Shown in pieces: positions 53,216-64,000 of a DNA stretch of 64,000 nt; position 1 is the stretch's first letter; the number at the start of each line of letters is the position of its first letter. The notes under the pieces are model-generated. The model searched no databases. It was not told where the DNA came from and was given only the letters and a program-made list of their open reading frames with translations. The DNA lies in NCBI GenBank assembly GCA_963514005.1, contig OY740781.1, positions 102,240,001 through 102,304,000 on the forward strand, written 5' to 3'. A program made the position numbers and the translations under genes. The stretch is from Raja brachyura. Its lineage: Eukaryota.

Positions 53216-54025
53216 AGACCTTTTTTTCACCCAGTTTTATTCCACCAGGAAGGTCTTACCTTCCACTACCTGCAACCTCCGGCAACCACCTTCAACTAGA
53301 ATCGCAACCGGCTTCGACTAAAAAATTACCGATTTTTTAAACGGCAACCTATTTTTAATCACGGCCTGTTTTGAATTTTTTTAAATAATCACTGGAACAT
53401 AGAAGAAGCGGAAACCACTTTCAACCTTTAGGGAGACTGACAAAAACCTCCGGGAACCGCACAGAAACCTTGGGTGGGGCGCAAAGTCTCCAGAGGTTTC
53501 CGTTCAGGTTTCCTAAGTGGGACAGGGGCATTAGGCAGCAACTCTACCGCTGCACCAATGTGCTGCCCTATTCCACCCTATCTGGACAATAACCAGTCAC
53601 TTGAATCTTGTTCTAAATTGCCGTCCACTTTGGCAATAACCTTTGAGTAAAGTCCCTTTTAAAAACATGTAATCTTGAAAGAGAAAATAAATATTGTATA
53701 ATTTTAAGAGGGCCAAGATTAGGGACTGTGAATGGGCTGCAATGAAAATCAGTGCAGCAGGTTTTACATCCACCTCTTTAGATGAATAACAGTCTGCTAA
53801 AACTCAGTGGGTATGACTAAATTTAATAGTTTGACCAAGGTCACCGCTTAAACTGGTGTGTCGAGAGGCAGAATCAAATGACAGATTTAAGGAGGTGTAG
53901 CAATTCAAGACAAGTGTCAATCCGTACGTCAACATTTTATAAAGGCTAATGAATCTTTTTAAATGGTGATTAAAGTTCAGGTTATAGAAATGGCTTGCAT
54001 TTTGGAGGAAGAAATTTGAGGCTGT

Positions 54026-54722
54026 GAATTGAATTGAATGGAATTGAATTACCTTTATTGTCATTCAGACCTTTCAGTCTGAACGAAATTTCATGCCTGC
54101 AGTCATACATATATTAAAAGTAACAAAACCACACAATAAACACAAATTTAACATCCACCACAGTGAGTTCACCAAACACCTCCTCACTGTGGTGGAAGGC
54201 AAAAGTCTTAGAATCTCTGTCTTCTTCCCTCCTTGTTCTCCCTCTGCGCTGAGGAGATCCAGGCCTCCGATGTTGCCGTCCACCAGCCCCGTGGCCGAAC
54301 CTCCGAAACCGGGCCGCCGCCACGGCTGTCGCCGGAACGCCGGAACACCTCCACAGGGCGTGCCGCTGGAACGCTGGAGCACCGCAGCTCCAAAGCCAGG
54401 TCGCCGCTGGAACGTCACTGGAGCACCGCAGTCCCGAAAGCCATGTCGCCGCTGGAGCACCGCAGCCCCGAAAGCCAGGTCGCTGCTGGAGCACCGCAGC
54501 CCTGAAAGCCAGGTCGCCGCTGGAGCACTGCAGCTCCGAAAGCCAGGTCGCCGCTGGAGCACCGCAGCCCCGAAAGCCAGGTCGCCGCTGGAGCACCGCA
54601 GCCAGGTCGCCACTGGAGCACCGCAGGCCCGAAAGCCAGGCCGCCGGAATGCCACTGGAGTACCGCAGCTCCGAAAGCCAGGTCGTCGCTGGAGCACCGC
54701 AGCCAGGTCGCCACTGGAGCCA
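54026..54722 (-). mobile_element. Non-autonomous retroposon-like insertion with (aattc)n tail and internal minisatellite
   Basis: gaattgaatt tail plus tttatt; GC-rich body. Confidence 0.5.
54365..54722. repeat. 34-bp GC-rich minisatellite with shorter deletion units
   Basis: Unit gctggagcaccgcagccccgaaagccaggtcgcc, repeated about 10 times with variants. Confidence 0.92.
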
Positions 54723-55569
54723 GAGATGCTACTACACAATAATCAGACACAAGCTTGATACCAAGTCACTTGGAAGTTCAGCCACATGAGCTGGGTGTGA
54801 AGATGACTGGTTTGTTTGACATATAACAAATCTGGCACAAAGCTAGTCACAGAATAATACAGTATGGTTCATACGTTCTGAAGTTATAGGAGCAGAATTA
54901 GGCCATTTGGCCCATTAAGTCTACGATGCCATTCAATGATGGCTGATCTACATTGCCCTCTCAACCCCATTCTCATGCCTTCTCCCCAAAACCGTTGACA
55001 CCCGTACTAATCAAATATCTGAGATGGAACCAGATTAATCAAAAATACGAAAAAGAAAAAGTTGCAGTGCAGTAACCTTTGAAGTGAAAAACAATTGTAG
55101 ATGTAGGGTAGATTACTACCTTTTAAAGCCCTGTCTCAAGTTGCGAGTCCACCCACGAGTGACCCTAAGTGAAAGAAAAAAAACAGACTCATGGTTATGC
55201 ACGAGATTCAAAGTTTATGTTCAAGTGTTTAACGGAGTTCCCACGGGTAGGTCATTTCTGCAATGTTCCAAGGTGCTCTCCCGAGTTACCAAGTTCTTCT
55301 CCCGTTACTCTTGAGCCAACCGTGAATGAAGGTAAGTGTGTGAGGGTGTGAGAAGTCCATGCTGGGTGGCAGCCGGCCGGACACAGCCGCTGTTCTTTCA
55401 TATCAGTTGCACATCAGATTGTTGGGAGACGGAGCTCAGAGTTCGTCTCCTGGGCTGCATCGGTCTGGGGTGACAAGGCTCTTGGGTTAGGCTGGGATCA
55501 TTCTCTGCGGGATGATCTTAGTGCGGGAGACATGTGTAGGAGAGGTGTACTGACTGTGTGGGCAGACCC

Positions 55570-57007
55570 GCTTGACTCGGGCGATGTACCGCTGGATTGG
55601 AGGAAGGCCAACATCACTCCTCTCTTTAAGAAGGGTTCAACCACTAACCCAGCGAATTATCGTCCTGTTTCACTAACAAGTACTTGCTGTAAATTGCTGG
55701 AGCATATCATTGATAGTAATCTGATGCACATGAGCAAACATAATATTCTTGCCGACAACCAACATGCATTTAGGAGGCATAGATCATGCAAGTCTCAGCT
55801 TATCCTGACAACAAATGACCTGGTCAAGCACCTTGACAGTAACACCATCATGGATTTAGTTGTACTTGACTTTTCATTTGATATCATCCCACACCAGAGA
55901 CTGCTTTGGAAGCTTGACTTCTACGGTATTCATTCAAACACGAAACAATGGATTTCCAGTTTCCTGACAAAATGGCTTCAGCGCGTGTGTGTGAACGGAA
56001 AGAGCTCCAATTGGCACCCAGTGTTGAATGGTACACCCCAGGGCACAGTACTTGGCCACACCTACTTTTGCTTTACATCAATGACATCCATGGAAAAAGT
56101 CGCAAGTACGACCAGACTATTCGTTGATGATTGTTTGCTGTACCGTCCAATTAAGTCAGCTGATGATGAAGATGCTCTCCAAAAGGATCTCGATACTATG
56201 GTCGAGTGGTCACAACAATGGGGCATGCAGTTCAACCCTTCCAAATGTGAAACCATGCGTGTCACCAGAAAGAGGAATCCAGGCGTCACATCTTGCAACA
56301 TACTTGAAGAATCTTGAAGAATCCAAACAAACCAAGTATCTTGGCATCAAAATTGCAGAATGATCTACGTTGGAATGGTCAGACTCATCATGCAACAGTG
56401 AAAGCAACAGGTGTCCTAAACTTCCTGAGGCGCAACTTCCATCATTGTTCAGTTTCTGTCAAGGAGAAGCTGTATTTCACCCTCGCTAGACCTCATCTGG
56501 ACTACGCAGTTGCAGCTTGGGACCCATACACAAATAAAAACATTTCATCCATCGAACGTGTCCAAAGACAGGCCGCTCGATTTGTTACTAACACCTACGA
56601 GAGAGAAGCGAGTGTCACCAAGCCTCTGAATTCTCTGGGGTGGAACCCTCTCCAAGACAGACGTGAAGCTCACCGTTTGACCTGTTTTTACAAAATGTTA
56701 AATGGTCAGCTAGACATAGATCACAAGACCTATACCAACCCCAAACCAATTAGGAGCAGATGAGGGCATTCGATCCAATTTGTGGTCCCAGCCTCAAAGA
56801 CAGATGTGTACAGCAATTCGTTCTTCCCACGCACTATTAAAGCATGGAATAATCTCCACCAAACCACGATTGCCCAGCCAGATGCAACTAAATTTAAAGT
56901 GGCACTTTCTTTCCAATAACCCTCTCTGACTAAACCCCTCCCTTCACCACGTCCAGTTTAAATTCCAGTTGGAATATTTTGGAGGACCAAGTAACCAAGA
57001 ACCAAGG
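55570..57007 (+). mobile_element. CR1-group LINE 3' half, divergent from the other CR1s in the window
   Basis: DWRKANITPLFKKG...NYRPVSLTS, GTPQGTVLG, LNFLRRNF...RPHLDYAVAAWDPY; (aaccaag)n tail. Confidence 0.85.
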
Positions 57008-57417
57008 TAGTGATTGCCCACCAGTCTCATAAGCCGCTGTGTCTCCCTGTCCCTGGGATAGCAGGTGGCAATCAAACAGCACAATAACCCCCTCCCCCTC
57101 CAGGCCAACACAAAGGGCAACGATCCCAAGGCTTTAGGGTCAGAAACAGCGGGCAGGCGACAATCATCCGCCATAATGCGAGAGAGATCATGTGCTATTG
57201 TAGGTCTCCTTTGCACGTCGGTGTTTCTGTCTTTCTCCATCTCATTGTTGACGCTGTCTGTCGCCACCCCCACACCCACCCCTCTGCTTCCCGGCCATGT
57301 GTGTGACCCCTTCCCTCCCCTCTCCAGCTCCCCGCCCATTGCACCGGGCACGGGGGCTTCGCACAGTCTTCACGTCGGCGACGATCCCATGGCTTTAGAT
57401 GGAAGCTGGGGTAACAA

Positions 57418-57587
57418 GGGTACACAAAAGGCTGGAGAAACTCATCGGGTGCAGCAGCATCTAAGGAGCGAAGGAGAAAGGCACCGTTTCCTGCCGAAAC
57501 CCTCCTTAGATGCTGCTGCACCCGCTGAGTTTTCTCCAGCCTTTTGTGTACCCTCGATTTTCCAGCATCTGCAGTTCCTTCTTTAAC
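57418..57587. mobile_element. Fold-back Penelope terminal insertion
   Basis: 14-bp TSD agctggggtaacaa at 57404-57417 and 57588-57601; inverted arms at ~57417-57468 and 57502-57554. Confidence 0.9.
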
Positions 57588-57604
57588 AGCTGGGGTAACA
57601 ACGC

Positions 57605-57752
57605 GAGCCAGGTAACATCTCTGGAGAATGTGGATAGGTGACGTTTCGGATAAGGGCTCGTCTTCTGAAGAAGGATCTCGTCCCGAAAAGTCACCTATTC
57701 CTTTTCTCCAGAGTTGCTGCCTGACCCGCCAAGTTACTCCAGCATTTTGTGT
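57605..57752. mobile_element. Older inverted Penelope-terminus pair with degenerate hammerhead (57665-57692)
   Basis: ataggtgacgtttcgg ... ctgaagaaggatctcgtcccgaaaagtcacctat. Confidence 0.7.
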
Positions 57753-57939
57753 TGGGCATCAAACAAACCATCGTCCTGTACTGACTAATCTATTTATTTT
57801 AAATACCATATTTCCTACTGCTTCCCCTAATTCCCATTCCTCGAGAAAGCGTTGAAGCATTAACTTATCACAAAAGGTCACAAAATGTTGGAATAACTCT
57901 ACGGGTCAGGCAGCATCTCTGGAGAAAATGGATAGTTGA

Positions 57940-58095
57940 TGTCTTTGGAATGTGGGAGGAAACTGGAGCACCCGGAAAAAGTCTACGTGGTCACAGGGAG
58001 AACGTGCAAACTCCGTACGGACAGCACCAGTCGTCAATATTAAACTCGGGTCTCTGGCACTGTGAGGCAGCAACTCTACTGCTGCGCCGCCAATG
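57940..58095 (-). mobile_element. V-SINE/HE1-like SINE, 5' part
   Basis: Reverse complement of the SINE head and core. Confidence 0.75.
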
Positions 58096-58874
58096 TGACA
58101 TTCCAAGTTTTAGAATGAAGTTAGCCACTTACAAATCCCATTCTCTGCCCAGCGTGGAGAATCATGAATTGCCAAGACACAAGGCACTGTAGGTGTTGGT
58201 TCCTTTTTAAAAAATCACGAATTCAAAGTTATCTATTCAAGAATAATGTAGTGTGGTTCGTTGGATTTGTCCATACTCAACTTAAAATTGTCCATAATCT
58301 AGAACTTAAAGTTTTTTTAAGCATTTAGTGAAACACTACCCCCCCCCACACCGCCCCCCACCTTTCCCTCCCAAGTCCAGTCCCGTCCCGACCCCCTGGG
58401 AAACAGAAGGGAGCGACAATCAACTGCCATGGATACAAATAATGTCACACACAAAAGGACAGATGCTGGTTGACAAAAATTAACACATGGGGCTGGAGAA
58501 ATTTGGAAAAGTCATCCCGTCACCCATTCCTTCTCTCCAAAGATGCTGCCTGCCCGCTGAGTTAAAGAGTTCCCACGGTAGACTCACGAATCACTAAGGT
58601 AAACGCACGGGCCACTACGTTATTACGAGTTTAAATGTTTCAATTTTTAACATGAACAGTAAATTTGACTCGTGGAAAATATCAAACATGTTTGATTTTT
58701 TTCATGAGTTAACAAGTTTCACGAGTACCGTTAGCACCACGAGTCGCTAAGTTGCTCGCGCGAGTTCCGACGTTCCCGATACGTTGATTGTACGGGATTA
58801 CCGCGAGTGAAAACTCGGGGTACCTCGTGGGACAACTCGCACAGTGAGACCGGCCTTTTACTAAAACATACTGG

Positions 58875-59260
58875 AACATAGAACGTAGAACAGTGTAACA
58901 AGGGAACAGGCTCTTTGGCCCACAATGTCTTGACTGACCATGATGCCAAATTAAAGTAATCCCATCTGCCTGCATGTGATCCACATCTCTCCATTCCTAA
59001 CTTGGCTGTGTGCTTGTCTAACTGCCTTTTAAATGTAATTACTATATATCTGCTTCCATCAGCATCCCCAGAAGCACATTCCAAGCACCTACCACTTTCT
59101 GTGTAAAAATAAAATTTTCCCAGCCCCACCTCCTTTCAACTTTCCCCTTCTCACCCTAAAGACATACCCCTTGTATTTGACACTTCTACCCTGGGAAAAA
59201 GACTGCATATCTACCCCATGAATGTCTCCCATCATTTCATAAACTTTTACCAAGTCACAG
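58875..59260 (-). mobile_element. Degenerate CR1 3' fragment
   Basis: Similarity to CR1 3' ends elsewhere in the window. Confidence 0.65.
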
Positions 59261-59284
59261 GATAGGTGACAGCACATCCTTCAC

Positions 59285-59970
59285 AATAATTCTCACTGGT
59301 GTGCCCTGCAAGGATGCATTCTCAGTCTATACGCTCATAACCATGTGGCCAAATTCTGCTCTAACTCCATCTATAAGTTTGCAGGTGATGCCACTGTGGT
59401 GGGCTCTATCATGAGATAGAGTATATGAAGGGGATAGAGAACTTATCTCACAGTAACATGTGCCAGTACAACGACCTCTCCCTCAATGTCAACATGATGA
59501 AGGAGCTAGTTATCGACTTCAGGAAGTGACTGGAGTATGTGCCCTGAACAATGGTGCCAAAGTGGAAACAGTTGAGACCTTCAAGTTCCTTGGCATAAAT
59601 ATACCAATGAACTGTCACCATGTTGAAATGACAGCCAAGAAGGCATACCAATGACTCTACTTCCTTAGGAACTGAAGATATTTAGTATGTCTCCAATGAC
59701 TCTTACAATTGTCGGATTGACTTGCAGCTTGGCAATAGCTCTGCCCAAGAATGTAAGAAATTGTAGAGAGTTGTGGATATAGCCCAGTTCAGCACACAGA
59801 CCAGACTCCCCACCACTGACTCCATCTACACTTCATGCTGCCTGGGGAAAGAAGTCGACATAACCCAAGACCTTTCACTCCTCGATCATTCCTACCTCTC
59901 CCATAAGGCAAAACATACAGGAACGGGCATCATCAGACTCAGGAAAAGCTTTTTCCTCTCTGCTAACAGT
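59285..59970 (+). mobile_element. Degenerate Rex1-type LINE fragment
   Basis: VETVETFKFLGI; alignable by eye to 10731-11500. Confidence 0.65.
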
Positions 59971-59999
59971 CCTTCCATAAGGTAGAATGCAGTCTGATT

Positions 60000-60915
<916 letters not shown>

Positions 60916-60917
60916 GG

Positions 60918-61310
60918 CTGTGGTGGCATGGTGGTGCAGCAGTAGATTTGCTGCCTTACAGAATCGGACACCCGGGTTTGATCCTGACTACGGGTGCTGT
61001 CTGTACGGAGTTTGTACATTCCTCCTGTGACCACGTGGATTTTCCCAAGGTGCTCCAGTTTCCTCCCACACTCCAAAGATGTACAGGTTTGTAGGTTACA
61101 TTGATACATAGACAATAGGTGCAGTGGTAGGCCATTCAGCCCTTCGAGCCAGCACCGCCATTCAATGTGATCATGGCTGATCAGGTTAAATGGCTTCAGT
61201 AAAGTTTGTCCCTAGTGTGTAGTGTACGGGGATCACTGGTTGGCGCAGACTCGGTGGGCCTAATGACCAGTTTCTGCACTGTATCTCCACACTGAACTAA
61301 ACTAAACTAA
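60918..61310 (+). mobile_element. V-SINE/HE1-like SINE interrupted by a short CR1 tail (~61103-61162, minus)
   Basis: tRNA-like head, core ggagtttgtac...ttcctcccacactccaaaga, (actaa)n tail. Confidence 0.8.
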
Positions 61311-62644
61311 ATCTCACCTCTGCTTTTTAACTTATTCTCAACACCAGACCAAGTAATGAAAATATATGGTTATAAGATAAAACCCCTCTGATAAAGACTG
61401 AACAAAAACTGAAGAAAGAGCAAATTCAACCCATTATCTGGATTCCTGCTTAATCAACACAATACTTTTCTCCCACGAGGCAAGACATTTATTATAAGGA
61501 ACTTGATGTTATGTTTGGGCTTCAGTACTTGAGTTTTTCTACTTTTCCCTGGGAGAAACACACTTCTAAAATGAAATAGCATATGTCAAAGATGAACAGA
61601 TTAAATTTCCACAGCAGAGATATTTCAGCTTTATCTCCCCCCTTGCCAAAAACAAAGGCTATGATGGTGCTCTCACTAAATATTGACTGTACAGTGGCTG
61701 GTCAGCATTATTTTGGATTATCCTCAGGTGCATTTAACGCTGATAAAGGTCAGTCAAAATGGTGAAAAGGCTGGGGAGATAGGAATAGTGGGATCTGCTG
61801 GGGTTTGCAGCCCTCTTGTCAGTTTTCCACCTTGTAAAGCTGACTTTATATGCAATAGTGCTCTGGCACTGTTTTATTACCCTCTTCTAATTAATGCCGA
61901 CTGAGGGTCTCTTCAGGGCAACTAATGCCAAATGAGGCCGTTTTTCACTGGGTGAAATTAATTCTTCTTTTCTCTACAGCTGAGTTGCAATTATTTTATC
62001 ACTGGTAGGTGTGGCTATTGGAATTATTGTCCCCCTACATACTTTACCATGGTGATTATTAATAGCCAAATGTATATATCACTTGACTGTGCAAATCAGG
62101 TGCAGTCAGCGTGAAACATAAGTCCGGGTAATTTTTATTCTGCTTTAATTTATGCATTATTCTGAAGATCACTGTTGTCCCTGTGTGGTTTATTATGACA
62201 GGATGTATCTGCGATACAACTGTGGCATGTAATGGCGAAAGTGGAGGCTTTCCACAATCACCCAGCCCTGAATTTTCAGATTACTCAGGACCTGAAATGT
62301 CAATGGAGTGACATTGTGCTCTCTAGTACCTATTTTCTGAATGACACACAAACTCATAAAGTAGTAAAATTGTGTCTGAAATGCATGCATATACCAGACA
62401 ATGTGTGGTCATATTCATGGAGTAGACAGGATGCATATCTAATAACTGAGGAGCAGACATATCATGACGTCTAACAGCAGTGTAGTGCATTCATTTTATG
62501 CCAGTTCTTCCAGTATGAACCACATGACCACAGCCAAAGCTCGCTTAATCTCCCACAGTTGAACATTATGTTAAATATCATCAGGTATCCTCAACCCGTG
62601 ACCCTACCAGCACCAGTTGGTCATGAACGAGTAACAACACAGGA

Positions 62645-62778
62645 GACACAAGATACTGCAGATGCTGGAATCCCGTGCAAAAATACAAAGTGCTAGAGTA
62701 GCTCAGTGGTTCATGCAGCACCCGTGAAGGGAAATGGCCAGATGATGTTACAGGTTGGGGCCCTTCTTCAAACTGATG
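62645..62778 (-). mobile_element. Degenerate Penelope terminal fragment
   Basis: actgcagatgctgg ... cccttcttcaaactgat. Confidence 0.6.
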
Positions 62779-62919
62779 GTGGGGTGTGTAAAGATCAAGA
62801 TCATCGGCATACAGTTATGTTAATGTGTGGCAAAAAATGTCCCACTCTAATGCCATTTCATCTAATGGGCATGTTAACCACAAGTCACAGATCCTCCAAC
62901 CTTTTTCAACACTTGACCA

Positions 62920-64000
62920 AAGTAAGTAAGTATGTAAGTTTATTAGCCAAGTATTCCCATGCAAGGAATTTGCCTTGGTGCTCCGCCCACAAGTAACAAC
63001 ATGACATACAGTGACAGTTACGAATAACTCAGAAAACACTAAACATTAACAATAATAAGATATTAATGATAAAACACCATTGATCAAGCGTGTGAACCAA
63101 CAAAATACCAGATCAAAGGGAGGCTACAGATTTTTGGCTGTTGAGTAGAGCAACTACTCGTGGATAAAAACTATTTTTATATCTGCCTGTGGCAGCTTTG
63201 ACAGTCCAGAGTCGCCTTCCAGAGGGAAGTGATTCAAAGAGTTTGTGGCCAGGGTGAGAGAGGTCAGAGATGATCTGGCCCACTCGCATCCTGGCCCTTG
63301 CAGTGTACAGTTCATCAATGGAGGAAAGGTTGCAGCCAATAATCTGTTCTGCTGATCAGACGATTCGCTGCAGCCTCCAGGTGTCGTGCTTGGAGGCTGA
63401 GCCAAACCAGACCATGATGGAGAAGGTGAGAACACACTCTACGATGGCCATGTAGAATTGGACCATCATTGCCTGTGGCAGATTGTGTTGGCTGCCGTAG
63501 GAACTATATCCTCTGTTGTGCCTTTTGACTGTGGAGTCGATGGTAGCCCCGCACTTAAGGTCCTTGGAGATGATGGTTCCCAGGAACTTGAAAGACTCCA
63601 CAGATGTGACTGTGGTGTTGTTGATGGTGAGTGGGGTGAGGGGAGGGGGAGATCTCCTAAAGTCTACAATCAATTCCACTGTCTTAAGAGCATTGAGCCC
63701 TAGGTTCTTGCGACGGCACCAGGATGCCAGCCGTGATAATTCCTGTCTGTAGGCAGATTCCTCCCCATCCTGGATCAGTCCAAACAGGGTTGTGTCATCC
63801 GCAAACTTGAGAAGCTTGACAGAGGTGTCTGTGGAGGTACAGTCGTTGGTGTAGAGAGAGTAGAGGAGAGGAGAGAGTACGCAGCCTTGCGGTGCTCCTG
63901 TGCTGAGGGTTTGCGGGTCCAAGATGTGCTTTCCCAGCCTCACATGCTGCTTCCTGTCTGTCAGGAAATTGGTGATCCGCTGACGGAGGTAAAATCAACA
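62920..64000 (-). mobile_element. Rex1/Babar-type LINE 3' part (runs off the window)
   Basis: [39 protein letters not shown]; (aagt)n tail. Confidence 0.9.

Noticed and set aside
54074..54758. 221-aa ORFs on both strands, and a superficially CRISPR-like repeat
   Set aside because: Product of a stop-free tandem repeat; no unique spacers and no cas genes; eukaryotic context.

Overview
A repeat-dominated eukaryotic, vertebrate-type window. The mix of V-SINE/HE1-like SINEs, CR1, Rex1/Babar and Penelope elements suggests a cartilaginous fish such as a skate or ray (inference). I recognised no host protein-coding gene; every interpretable ORF is a decayed retroelement domain. Main contents: (1) Two end-intact DIRS tyrosine-recombinase retrotransposons (199-4700 and 30570-35475, minus), each with ITRs, an internal complementary region (ICR) and gag, RT/RNaseH, adenine-methyltransferase and recombinase remnants, plus a third, internally deleted mini-DIRS (~36283-37705, plus). 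(2) A TSD-bounded L1 (18314-29689, minus) hosting two large CR1s, a CR1 tail, another L1-like 3' end and a tRNA-Trp-primed LTR fragment. (3) A TSD-bounded, tRNA-Leu-primed Gypsy element (41492-44905) whose gag-PR-RT segment is inverted relative to its LTRs and integrase. (4) Two Penelope (GIY-YIG) elements and about a dozen short Penelope-terminus insertions, many carrying a minimal hammerhead-ribozyme motif and several arranged as inverted pairs. (5) Head-to-tail Helitron-like units and several tandem repeats.
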